Positions 8,854 through 17,969 of a stretch of 64,000 nt of DNA are shown one piece after another. The translations under genes and the position numbers were made by a program. How positions within the stretch are numbered: the first letter of the stretch is position 1; each line of letters begins with the position of its first letter. Source of the DNA: an uncultured Lachnospiraceae bacterium (GTDB taxonomy: Bacteria > Bacillota > Clostridia > Lachnospirales > Lachnospiraceae); contig OMVA01000103.1 in NCBI GenBank assembly GCA_900314445.1, forward strand, positions 257 through 64,256, in the 5' to 3' direction. The notes beneath the pieces were generated by a model, which saw only the letters and a program-made list of their open reading frames with translations, was not told the DNA's origin and did no database searches.

Positions 8854-10686
8854 ATGTCAGCATATAGTGACAAAATTAGACATGATTTTGGTGAAAGTGA
8901 TGCAAAGCGTGACGCAGGACTGAAGATTCCTGGGGACGTTTTTCGTTACACCAATTTTCATTATGGAGAAGAAGAACAGCAGGTTCTGGATGTGTATCGT
9001 CCTAGATCTGCCAAGGATATAACATCCATTCCGGTTATCGTGAGTGTGCATGGTGGGGGCTGGATGTATGGTGATAAAGATTTATATCAGTATTACTGTA
9101 TGAGTCTATGCCGTTTTGGTTTTGCTGTGGTGAATTTTTCTTACCGACTTGCACCAGAACATAAGTTTCCTGCCATGCTTGAAGACACGAATCTTGTTTT
9201 CAGATGGTTAGAAGATCATGCTGGCCAGCTCGGTATTAATATGAGCCATGTATTTGCCCTGGGAGATTCTGCAGGTGCAAATATACTTGGTCTCTATGCA
9301 AATTTACTTACAAATCCGGAATATGCAGATCTGCTAATGGAAGCTTATCCAAATGCAGATCTAGAATGCCCTGCAAATTTAAAACTTTCTGCCATCTGCC
9401 TTAATAACGGTTGTTACGAAATGAATGGCAGAAGTGATGAAGGACTACAACTCATTGCTCAGGATTTATTTGAGAATAAGGGAACTCCTGCAGAGTTGGA
9501 GCAGGTAAATGTACTGAAGTTCGCAAACTCCCATTTCCCAAAGAGCTTAATTATGACCTGTACAGGAGATTTCTTAAAGGCAGAAGCACCTAAAATGGAT
9601 GCAAGGTTAAATGAACTGGATGTGCCACATGAGTCAGTCTTTTATGGAGACGAAGACCATATCTTAGGTCATGTATTCCATCTCAATATGAAGTCTGAGG
9701 ATGCCTTTGAATGTAATCGAAGAGAGTGCGCTTTCTTCCAGCAGGAACTGGCAGAAGGTGGTGGCATTATTCACCGTACAGCCACTAGTCGCGAGATGAA
9801 AAAATGCATTAAGGCTGTGAAACGAATGACCGGTAAAATGGGATTCGACGAGAATATGAAGGAAATGGACTGGGAAAAGGTCAGAACTATTAATAAAATT
9901 GGTTCTGCATTCCAGGCAAAGGAAAGAGGTATCACAGTTCGACGTCGTAAGATTGGAAAACTGGATGCTCTTATTTGCGTTCCAGAAAAACCTGTTTCTC
10001 AGGATTTGATTATGTATATTCATGGTGGTGGTTTTGTGTCTGGTTCTGCTATGCAGTCCCGTCCATATTGCACCATGCTGGCGGTGGCCACAGGTCTTCG
10101 CGTGGTGAGTGTGGAGTATCGCCTGGCACCAGAACATCCATACCCTGCAGGACTGAAGGATTGCCAGCGCATGTACACCATGCTGAAAATGATTTGTAAG
10201 GGCAAGGTTGCTCTGGTGGGGGATTCTGCGGGTGCAAATCTATGCCTGGCTCTGACCCTGAAATTAAAGGATGAGAAGGCAGAACTGCCACCGGCTGTGG
10301 TGCTTCACAGTCCTCTGGTGGATTTCTCCAACCGCCTGGACCGCACCAAGGTACAGGCAGATGATTTCACAGTGAAGTTAAAGGGCTTGCAACCAATGAA
10401 GGAGCTTTATGCCGGAAATGAGGATGCAAGAAATCCGGAGATTTCCCCAATCTATGGAAATTACAAGGGCTTCCCTCCAATGATGATTACCTGTGACGCC
10501 AAGGAGACTTTGACAGAAGACAGCTTTGCCCTTTACAGAAAAGCGGTTCGATACGACGTGCCAGTAAAGATGATTGTGATGGAGAACGCTTACCACACCT
10601 TTGCCACACTGGGAAATCGTACACCAGAAACAAGGCAGATTCTGGAAGAAACAGCCAGCATGATTATTGATGCCATGGCAAAATAA
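8854..10686 (+). CDS. Tandem double alpha/beta-hydrolase (two HSL-family esterase domains)
   Basis: Domain 1: HGGGW, YRLAPE, GDSAG, GDFL, GHVFH; domain 2: HGGGF, YRLAPE, GDSAG, ETLTED, YHTF; RBS AAGGAG. Confidence 0.9.
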   Translation: MSAYSDKIRHDFGESDAKRDAGLKIPGDVFRYTNFHYGEEEQQVLDVYRPRSAKDITSIPVIVSVHGGGWMYGDKDLYQYYCMSLCRFGFAVVNFSYRLAPEHKFPAMLEDTNLVFRWLEDHAGQLGINMSHVFALGDSAGANILGLYANLLTNPEYADLLMEAYPNADLECPANLKLSAICLNNGCYEMNGRSDEGLQLIAQDLFENKGTPAELEQVNVLKFANSHFPKSLIMTCTGDFLKAEAPKMDARLNELDVPHESVFYGDEDHILGHVFHLNMKSEDAFECNRRECAFFQQELAEGGGIIHRTATSREMKKCIKAVKRMTGKMGFDENMKEMDWEKVRTINKIGSAFQAKERGITVRRRKIGKLDALICVPEKPVSQDLIMYIHGGGFVSGSAMQSRPYCTMLAVATGLRVVSVEYRLAPEHPYPAGLKDCQRMYTMLKMICKGKVALVGDSAGANLCLALTLKLKDEKAELPPAVVLHSPLVDFSNRLDRTKVQADDFTVKLKGLQPMKELYAGNEDARNPEISPIYGNYKGFPPMMITCDAKETLTEDSFALYRKAVRYDVPVKMIVMENAYHTFATLGNRTPETRQILEETASMIIDAMAK

Positions 10687-10700
10687 GAGATGAAAATATG

Positions 10701-10729
10701 TGCGCAGTCCATTTGCAAATGGGATACGC
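10701..10729. repeat. Intergenic palindromic repeat family copy
   Basis: TGCGCAGTCCATTTGCAAATGGGATACGC (contains palindrome CCATTTGCAAATGG). Confidence 0.8.
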
Positions 10730-10767
10730 GAGACGAGATAAAAAAGACAAGATACGCGAGACGAGAT
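10723..10767 (+). repeat. 17-bp perfect direct repeat, two copies
   Basis: GATACGCGAGACGAGAT at 10723-10739 and 10751-10767. Confidence 0.9.
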
Positions 10768-10780
10768 GAGAGAGGCAGAT

Positions 10781-11734
10781 ATGAAGATTGTAGTATTAGA
10801 AGCAGATTCCGTAGGAAGAGACGTAAGCTATGATGCCATGAAGCGGTTTGGAGAAGTGGTTTGTTATGATTCCACACCAAATGACAAGATTCTGGAAAGA
10901 ATTCAGGATGCGGATATTGTGATTCCAAACAAATGTCTGATCACAGGCCAGATTCTTGTTCAGGCGCCTAAGGTAAAACTCATAGCGGAATCCGCCACAG
11001 GTTATAACAATATCGATGTGGACTATTGCCATGCAAATGGAATTGCCGTAACCAATGTCAGTGGATATTCCACAGATGCAGTGGCACAGCATACCTTTGC
11101 CCTGCTTTTGTCCTTGAACAATCATATGGCTTACTACAGTGATTATGTAAACTCAGCTGCTTATTCTCAGCAGGCTTCCTTTACCAATGTTTCTAATATT
11201 TTTCTGGATTTAGCAGGGAAGACCATGGGAATTATTGGACTGGGTGCCATTGGAAAGAAGGTGGCTGAAATTGCCACAGCCTTTGGTATGAAAGTAATTT
11301 ACCATTCTGTTTCTGGTCATGCCCAGGACGTTAGCTATGCGTGTGTTAGTTTTGAAGAAATCTTAAAGAAATCCGATGTACTTTCCATTCACACACCACT
11401 GACAGAGAAAACACGTGGCTTGATTAATAAGGCGGCACTTAAGCAAATGAAGAATACAGCTGTTCTAATCAATGTGGCCCGTGGTCCTATTGTAGTGGAA
11501 AAGGATTTGGTGGAAGCTTTGAATGAGGGACAAATTGCAGCAGCAGGTCTGGATGTATTTGAGACAGAACCGTTGCCAGAAACAAGCCCTCTTTTAGGTA
11601 TTCAGGATAAGGATAAACTTTTACTGACACCACATATTGCCTGGGGTTCTTATGAAGCCCGCTCCAATCTGATTCAGGAGGGTGTTCTGAATATTCAGAG
11701 CTTTCTGGATGGTGGAGACAGAAACCGGGTATAG
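10781..11734 (+). CDS. D-2-hydroxyacid dehydrogenase (glycerate dehydrogenase/HprA-like)
   Basis: GIIGLGAIG Rossmann motif, INVARG, DVFETEP, TPHIAW; start MKIVVLE chosen for the GAGAGG RBS. Confidence 0.92.
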   Translation: MKIVVLEADSVGRDVSYDAMKRFGEVVCYDSTPNDKILERIQDADIVIPNKCLITGQILVQAPKVKLIAESATGYNNIDVDYCHANGIAVTNVSGYSTDAVAQHTFALLLSLNNHMAYYSDYVNSAAYSQQASFTNVSNIFLDLAGKTMGIIGLGAIGKKVAEIATAFGMKVIYHSVSGHAQDVSYACVSFEEILKKSDVLSIHTPLTEKTRGLINKAALKQMKNTAVLINVARGPIVVEKDLVEALNEGQIAAAGLDVFETEPLPETSPLLGIQDKDKLLLTPHIAWGSYEARSNLIQEGVLNIQSFLDGGDRNRV

Positions 11735-11786
11735 AAATAATCAGAGTCATGAATTCATAAAATACAAGAAATAAAGAAAAGTGGAG

Positions 11787-11812
11787 AAGCCCGTGGAGAC
11801 ACGGGCTTTTTT
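11787..11812 (+). terminator. Intrinsic terminator
   Basis: AAGCCCGTG-gaga-CACGGGCTT + TTTT. Confidence 0.88.
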
Positions 11813-11928
11813 CTTACGCATTCATGTCAAAAAATCAACAATTATACAAAATTATCAATAGAAAAGAATAAGGCTAAGCGTATGATTAAAGGTGAAATCA
11901 CAGGGAAATTGCGTATTAGGAGACGACC

Positions 11929-13299
11929 ATGGTTAAGAGTATGACAGAGGGGAAACCCATAAAATTAATCCTGCAATTTGCTTTTCCGCTGCTGCTGGGA
12001 AATTTGGTACAGCAGACTTACAATATGGCGGATGCTGCAATTGTTGGTAAAAAGCTGGGGACAAATGCACTTGCTGCAGTTGGTGCTTCCACATCTGTAC
12101 AGTTCCTGGTTCTTGGTTTTGTAATTGGAACTTGTGCAGGTTTTGGTATTCCCATTGCCCAGGCCTTTGGAGCAGGAGATCATAGTAGAATGCGAAAATA
12201 TATATTCCATTCCGCTCTCTGGACCGGTATTATTGGCCTGCTCTTAACGAGTATAACTGCTTTACTTACAGGAAATATTCTGCATCTTATGCAGACACCA
12301 GAGGATATTTACAGGGACGCTTATCTATATCTTTTGGTAATCTTTCTGGGCATCCCATTTTCCCTGCTTTACAATTTAACCTCCAGTATGCTGAGAGCGG
12401 TGGGAGATAGTAAGACTCCTTTTGTAATTCTTGCCATATCCGCCTTTCTCAATATTTTCCTGGATCTTTTCTGTATCGTGGTTTTGAAATGGGGATGTTT
12501 AGGAGCAGCCATTGCAACCATTTCTTCCCAGGCAATTTCTGGAGTTCTATGCCTCATACTGATTTTGAAAAGGTATGAAATTTTAAGGCCGAAAAAAGAA
12601 GAGATGGTCTTTGTACCTTCTATTTTTGGATATGTAATAAAGATGGGAGCTCCAATGGGCTTCCAGTATTCCGTTACAGCAATTGGCTCGATGGTCATGC
12701 AGTCTGCAAACAATGCACTGGGGAGTGTTTATGTTTCTGCCTTCACAGCGGCCACGAGAATTAAGCAGTTCACCATGTGTCCTTTTGATGCCCTGGCTAC
12801 AGGTGTAGGTACTTTTGTGGGACAAAATTTCGGTGCAGGAAAAATGCAAAGAGTGAAAATGGGCATTATCCATGGAGCGATTGTTGGCGTAATTTATGGA
12901 GCCTTTATAGGACTTATAATGATTGTCTTTGGACGCATGGCCTCCTTACTCTTTCTTGATGGAAGTAAGGTTGCGGTACTGGATGCATCCGCTAAATATC
13001 TGCGGGCTATGGGATTTTTCTATTGGGTGCTGGGTGTGCTGAATGTTTGTAGATACAGCGTTCAGGGCTTGGGCTATTCCGGTAGAGCTATTTTCTCAGG
13101 TCTTGTGGAAATGCTGGCAAGAACAATTGTGAGTTTGATCTTTGTACCAATGTTTGCCTTTTCCGCTATTTGTTTTGCGGACCAGACAGCCTGGGTTTCA
13201 GCAACCCTATATAATATTCCTGTTTGTATCTGGGCTTTCCATAAGTGCGTGAGCCTTGTGAATGGTAATAAGGAAAAGGGAATTAATAGGCTGAATTAA
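11929..13299 (+). CDS. MATE family efflux transporter
   Basis: MTEGKPIKLILQFAFP, QQTYNMADAAIVG, LRAVGDSKTP, VGQNFGAG; about 12 TMs. Confidence 0.94.
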   Translation: MVKSMTEGKPIKLILQFAFPLLLGNLVQQTYNMADAAIVGKKLGTNALAAVGASTSVQFLVLGFVIGTCAGFGIPIAQAFGAGDHSRMRKYIFHSALWTGIIGLLLTSITALLTGNILHLMQTPEDIYRDAYLYLLVIFLGIPFSLLYNLTSSMLRAVGDSKTPFVILAISAFLNIFLDLFCIVVLKWGCLGAAIATISSQAISGVLCLILILKRYEILRPKKEEMVFVPSIFGYVIKMGAPMGFQYSVTAIGSMVMQSANNALGSVYVSAFTAATRIKQFTMCPFDALATGVGTFVGQNFGAGKMQRVKMGIIHGAIVGVIYGAFIGLIMIVFGRMASLLFLDGSKVAVLDASAKYLRAMGFFYWVLGVLNVCRYSVQGLGYSGRAIFSGLVEMLARTIVSLIFVPMFAFSAICFADQTAWVSATLYNIPVCIWAFHKCVSLVNGNKEKGINRLN

Positions 13300-13411
13300 A
13301 GATTTAATTGGCTTCGCAAATTATGGTTCTTATTCTGATCTTGCAATCTGGTCTGTATGGTGCCTCATTAATGCAATTCTTGCAGTTATTTCATTGATTA
13401 TAAAAAAATAA
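13295..13411 (+). pseudogene. 3' remnant of a small membrane-protein gene (no start codon or RBS)
   Basis: Open frame IKDLIGFANYGSYSDLAIWSVWCLINAILAVISLIIKK* reads like a natural TM C-terminus; resembles from memory a Firmicutes small membrane protein family ending GSYSDLxIWxxWCL. Confidence 0.5.
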
Positions 13412-13492
13412 ACTGTGAGTTGCTGGAGCTAACCCTTAACATCTAATACAATTCAGTTGTTCATAGTTTTCATAGTTTGTTTCTTTCGTTTC

Positions 13493-13541
13493 GGAACTGA
13501 CTTACCACTCCTAATAGGGGAGGGGGAGTCAGTTCCTTTTT
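13493..13541 (+). terminator. Intrinsic terminator
   Basis: GGAACTGACT 13493-13502 / AGTCAGTTCC 13527-13536 + TTTTT. Confidence 0.75.
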
Positions 13542-13615
13542 ATTTCCTTGCATTTGCCGGCCTTTTGGGTAAAATGAAAGAAGGTGTTTTGATAAAAATA
13601 AAGGGGGATAAAGCA

Positions 13616-14731
13616 ATGCCACATTCATCAGGAGGAGGCAGTCATGGTGGAGGAAGTCACGGAGGAGGCGGAAGACATTCATCCGGTGGAGGTAGCAGAA
13701 GCGGTGTTACCTTACCAAGAGTTTCTTCCTCAAAATTTAAAGGCTCTAAACGATATGTGAAATATAGACATGGTCGTCCAAAATATTTTTATTCGGATAT
13801 GGATCCAGCGAAAAGAGAGGTACGTCTGTGGATTCTTATTTTCTATCTACCTTTTCTGATTATGCTTTCTATTTCAATTAAGAATGCATTTGGATTCGCA
13901 AAACCACTTTCAACCAATTATGATCATAAGGTAATTGTAGAAGACAATTGTGGAGTCATCGATAATGAAAGAGCGTTAAGAGAAAGTTTTTCCAGGTTTT
14001 ATCAAAGAACTGGTATTACTCCTTCCATAATTACTGTACATGATGAAGACTGGAAGGATCATTATTCTTCCCTGGAAAATTATGCATATGAAAAGTATGT
14101 AAAGACTTTCAACGATGAAAGCCATTGGTTATTTCTTTACTCTGAGCCAGAACATCCGGATAAGGAATTTAATGATTGGTCCTGGGAAGGTATGCAGGGA
14201 AATGATACAGATCCTGTTCTTACACAGAGGATAACATCTGCCTTTAATGAAGAGTTTCAGAAGAATCTTTTGAAGGATAATGAGCATTCAGTAGGTCAGG
14301 CCCTTAAGATTTCTTTTGACTATATTACGCCAAAAACATTGAAGATGGATTTAAATACGCCGGCCTTGGTTGTTTTCTTATTGGTTCTGGCTTTTGTGTT
14401 CTTTCATGGTATGGGTATGGCAGGACTTACTCCATCTTACTTTAGAACCAGAGGAGCAGTGCTGGCACCAGAAGAATATGCCACAGATTCTACTTCCAGT
14501 AATGGCGTATCTCCTGCAGCCTTAATTCATTTAAATAAACAAAAAGAAAAATGTGTATTCTGCGACAGCATATTCCCAGCTGGCACCTATACCACTTGTC
14601 CAAATTGTGGAGGTTCCCTTGTGTCCATAGAATCTTCCCCAAAGGGAAATGGGAATCCGGCAGCAAGTAGTAATCCATATACTGGTGCGAGTGTGGGCCC
14701 AGGACGGCAGCCAACCTTCTGGGAAAAATGA
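13616..14731 (+). CDS. Membrane protein: Gly/Ser/His-rich N-terminus, TPM-like extracellular domain, C-terminal zinc ribbon
   Basis: Start MPHSSGGGSHGGG after an AAGGGG RBS; TM; TPM-like EDNCGVID...TGITPSIITV; TM; CVFC...CPNCG. Confidence 0.75.
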   Translation: MPHSSGGGSHGGGSHGGGGRHSSGGGSRSGVTLPRVSSSKFKGSKRYVKYRHGRPKYFYSDMDPAKREVRLWILIFYLPFLIMLSISIKNAFGFAKPLSTNYDHKVIVEDNCGVIDNERALRESFSRFYQRTGITPSIITVHDEDWKDHYSSLENYAYEKYVKTFNDESHWLFLYSEPEHPDKEFNDWSWEGMQGNDTDPVLTQRITSAFNEEFQKNLLKDNEHSVGQALKISFDYITPKTLKMDLNTPALVVFLLVLAFVFFHGMGMAGLTPSYFRTRGAVLAPEEYATDSTSSNGVSPAALIHLNKQKEKCVFCDSIFPAGTYTTCPNCGGSLVSIESSPKGNGNPAASSNPYTGASVGPGRQPTFWEK

Positions 14732-14798
14732 TTAGTCGAAATAATTTGTTGGAAATAATAATAAGGAATAGCAGTAAGGAATAATAAGGAATTGTCCT

Positions 14799-16967
14799 AT
14801 GTGGAAAGCAATTAAGAAATCCATTCCCTGGCTTCTTTTTACAATTATATATTGGTATGAAGAACTGATCTTCAATCTCTTTACAGAGAAGAGTCTAGGC
14901 ATATGGACTGTGGTTTTCTGCCTGCTGTCAGCCCTTACTATTGGAGGCGTGGCAGCGCTACTTGTATCTCTCTTTCCAAGAAGGGGAGCTAAGATTGTTG
15001 CAGGAGTCATCCTTTTACTTTCCAGCATTCCATTTTTAGTGGAAATCTTTATCTATATGCAATTTAAGATTCTCTATGACCTGAATACGGTGGTATTTGG
15101 AGCAGGGGATGCTTTGGGGGGCTTCAGTAAGGATATCTGGAGACTGGTATCCAGCCCTATGGGAATCCTTGTCATTATTCTTTATCTGCTACCAGTCATA
15201 TCATATGGACTTGTAGCCATCTTTCTGGATAAGGAGAAGAAACTTTATGGTGAGAAAAGTTGGAAATTAAGAGGCGGCCTTTGTGGCCAGGCCCTGCTGG
15301 CTTACCTTATCTTTTTACTTATGGTAAATGCACTGCCCGCAGAAAAGGCCCTTTATACAAAGGACTATGTCTTTAGTGATGCTGTGGATGACTTTGGTCT
15401 TATGACCGCAATTCGAAAAGAAGTAGTGCTGAAGATTACTGGTCAGGACAAAAAAGTGGAGTTTGATTTTGCAAATCTTTCTACAGAAGATATGGATGCT
15501 TCCGAGGAGCATGAAGGAGTAGCAGTTGATGCTTTGGACTCTGGTGAAAGTGCCACTGCCAGTGATGCAGATGCTGAGGCTTTGCAAAACTCATTTGCAG
15601 AGGCCGCTGGCACAGATCCTGAGCAATTGGAGAAGGATAAGGCGCCACTGGCGGAAATCACAGGGGATAATTCACTGGATATTGATTTTGCAAGTCTGGC
15701 AGAAAAGGACACAGGTACTTTTAAGGACCTGGATACCTATGTTTCCACACTTACTCCATCCAATAAAAATCCCTATACTGGAATTTTTAAAGGAAAGAAT
15801 CTGATTTTCATTAGTGCAGAGGCTTTTTCTGGTGATGTGATTCGGCCGGATCTTACACCAACGCTTTACCGGCTGGCCACTAAGGGCATCAATGTGGAAA
15901 ATTATTATCAGATATCGGGAGCGGGCACCACTGGTGGAGAGTTCCAGAATCTCTTTGGACTTCTGCCCATGGCAGGGGGCTCCTCCTTTAAGAAAACAAA
16001 GAATTACAACAATTATTTCACCATAGGTAGGCAGCTGAATCGCCTGGGTTATTGGGGAAAAGCTTATCATCCAAATGATTACAAATATTATTCCCGTAAT
16101 CAGACTCATAATAATCTGGGATACTCCCAGGGCTTTATGGGATATGGAAATGGTATGGAAGAGTACGTAAATGGTGATTTGTGGCCAGAAAGTGACCTGG
16201 AAATGATGGAAGGCACGGTGGATGAATTTATCAACCATCAGCCCTTCGATATTTATTACATGACCGTTAGTGGTCATAGTAATTATGGTAAGAGTTTTAA
16301 TGCTATGTCAGCTAAACATTGGAACCAGGTGGAAGACCTTCCCTATTCGGATACGGTGAAGGCCTATATCGCAGCCCAGCTGGAATTGGAGGATGCCTTA
16401 ACGTATCTGGTGGGCCGACTGGAGGATGCGGGAATTGCAGATGATACGGTAATTGTTCTGTCCGCAGATCATTTTCCATATGGCCTGGACCGAGACCAGA
16501 TGTCAGGACAGTTCGTTTATCTCAGCGAATTGTATGGACATGAGGTAGCGGGAAATTTTGATCGGGATCATAACCGCCTGATTATCTGGAGCGGCAGCCT
16601 GGAAAAGCAGAAAACCATTGTAGTAACGGACCCAGTGCAGTCCATCGATATCCTGCCAACCCTATCCAATCTCTTTGGCACAGAATACGATTCCCGTCTT
16701 ATGGTGGGACGAGATATTTTCTCCAACACAGAGGCACTTGTCTTTAATGATGGGAAGGAATGGATAAGCAATAAGGGAACTTACCAGGGCGGAAAATTCA
16801 CCCCTTTTGATGCAAATGAGATTGTCTCGGATGAGTACATTGCTAACATGAATACCATTGTCAGCAATAAACTGGCCTTTACAAAGGGGCTGGTAAATAA
16901 TGATTACTTTGGACATCTATATGAGGAAGGTTTGCTTCCTCAGGATGACTATAGGAAGACAGAGTAA
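14799..16967 (+). CDS. LTA synthase / alkaline-phosphatase-sulfatase superfamily membrane protein
   Basis: Five N-terminal TMs; NLIFISAEAF, GTTGGEF (catalytic Thr), TVSGH, SADHFPY, SIDILPTL. Confidence 0.88.
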   Translation: MWKAIKKSIPWLLFTIIYWYEELIFNLFTEKSLGIWTVVFCLLSALTIGGVAALLVSLFPRRGAKIVAGVILLLSSIPFLVEIFIYMQFKILYDLNTVVFGAGDALGGFSKDIWRLVSSPMGILVIILYLLPVISYGLVAIFLDKEKKLYGEKSWKLRGGLCGQALLAYLIFLLMVNALPAEKALYTKDYVFSDAVDDFGLMTAIRKEVVLKITGQDKKVEFDFANLSTEDMDASEEHEGVAVDALDSGESATASDADAEALQNSFAEAAGTDPEQLEKDKAPLAEITGDNSLDIDFASLAEKDTGTFKDLDTYVSTLTPSNKNPYTGIFKGKNLIFISAEAFSGDVIRPDLTPTLYRLATKGINVENYYQISGAGTTGGEFQNLFGLLPMAGGSSFKKTKNYNNYFTIGRQLNRLGYWGKAYHPNDYKYYSRNQTHNNLGYSQGFMGYGNGMEEYVNGDLWPESDLEMMEGTVDEFINHQPFDIYYMTVSGHSNYGKSFNAMSAKHWNQVEDLPYSDTVKAYIAAQLELEDALTYLVGRLEDAGIADDTVIVLSADHFPYGLDRDQMSGQFVYLSELYGHEVAGNFDRDHNRLIIWSGSLEKQKTIVVTDPVQSIDILPTLSNLFGTEYDSRLMVGRDIFSNTEALVFNDGKEWISNKGTYQGGKFTPFDANEIVSDEYIANMNTIVSNKLAFTKGLVNNDYFGHLYEEGLLPQDDYRKTE

Positions 16968-17037
16968 TTAAATAGGATTTGATAACTGTATTTGCTAACT
17001 GCAATTTACTTTCTGCAATTTGTAAGTTTAGAAATAC

Positions 17038-17679
17038 CTAAACGAGTAGTATTTTCACAGCGCAATAAATAAGAAGGAAAGCCATGATGGTATTCACAAT
17101 CCTGTAGTACTTATTATATATTGGACGAAGAATACTACCCAGACTTGCCCAGATGATGTTGCCAGTACCGCAGCAGATTGTCATGGTAAAGGCAAAGAGA
17201 AGAGTGAGTAGAATATTAGCGCCAAGACTTGCGCCAATATAGAAGTTGTTATTGTCAGCGCTGGCGCCATTCAAGAAATAGACTGGGAAGGCAGCCAGTC
17301 CCAGCATAATTACTTTAACATTTAAAAATTGAAGCAGAAAGCCATTCCAAAAAGGGAGTGGCTTTTCTTTTGTTTGCTCATCTTCAGAAGATGCCCCTTT
17401 ACGAGTAAAGGTACGCCAGGCCAGATAAAGGATGTATGCCGCTCCAATGTATTTGAAAACCGGAACAATTTTAGGAACCCAGATACTGAGGATCGTGCAG
17501 AAAGTTCCGGCCAGAATCATAAGGGTGATGAGTCCGGTCCAAATGCCCAGAAGAAGAAGCAGACATTTCTTGAAACCATGTCTATTTGCTTCAGACAAAA
17601 GCAGTACATTATTGGGGCCTGGAAGTATGGTAGTGGTCAGGGCATATATTATAAATGCAAGGTATAAATCCAGAGTCAT
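17038..17679 (-). CDS. LysE/RhtB-family amino-acid exporter
   Basis: TILPGPNNVLL, KYIGAAYILYLAW, GFLLQFLNVK. Confidence 0.92.
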   Translation of the reverse strand: MTLDLYLAFIIYALTTTILPGPNNVLLLSEANRHGFKKCLLLLLGIWTGLITLMILAGTFCTILSIWVPKIVPVFKYIGAAYILYLAWRTFTRKGASSEDEQTKEKPLPFWNGFLLQFLNVKVIMLGLAAFPVYFLNGASADNNNFYIGASLGANILLTLLFAFTMTICCGTGNIIWASLGSILRPIYNKYYRIVNTIMAFLLIYCAVKILLV

Positions 17680-17875
17680 AATGAGGTCCTTTAATAGAGA
17701 TTTTTTATATTTCCGAAATTATTGCATGAAAAATGCAGAATGCAATTAAATTTTAGGAGCTAGACAAAAACGAAAAAATTTTGGCTTCTTAAAGAAATTT
17801 AATACATAAAAAACAGAAAATCAAGGAATTAGACAGAAAATTGTTATTCTATTTACGGGAAAAGACCAAAAAATA

Positions 17876-17904
17876 TTGACTTGAAACTGTATGGTTCATA
17901 TAAT
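17876..17904 (+). promoter_or_regulatory. Sigma-A promoter of the TRAP operon
   Basis: TTGACT-N17-TATAAT, 65 bp upstream of dctQ. Confidence 0.75.
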
Positions 17905-17969
17905 ATCTCTTGCTGTTAGTGGAAAATTCATAGAATTTCCACAAATTATAGCAAAGAAAGGGAATAGAT

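Noticed and set aside
13457-13615. Longer 5' extensions in the ORF track (13457, 24848, 29960, 45326, 47558, 49365, 54702, 62306)
   Set aside because: They overlap terminators, promoters or upstream genes; downstream ATGs have good RBSs and match family N-termini
14762-14792. TAAGGAAT three times before the LTA synthase gene
   Set aside because: Low-complexity SD-like stutter; no further support
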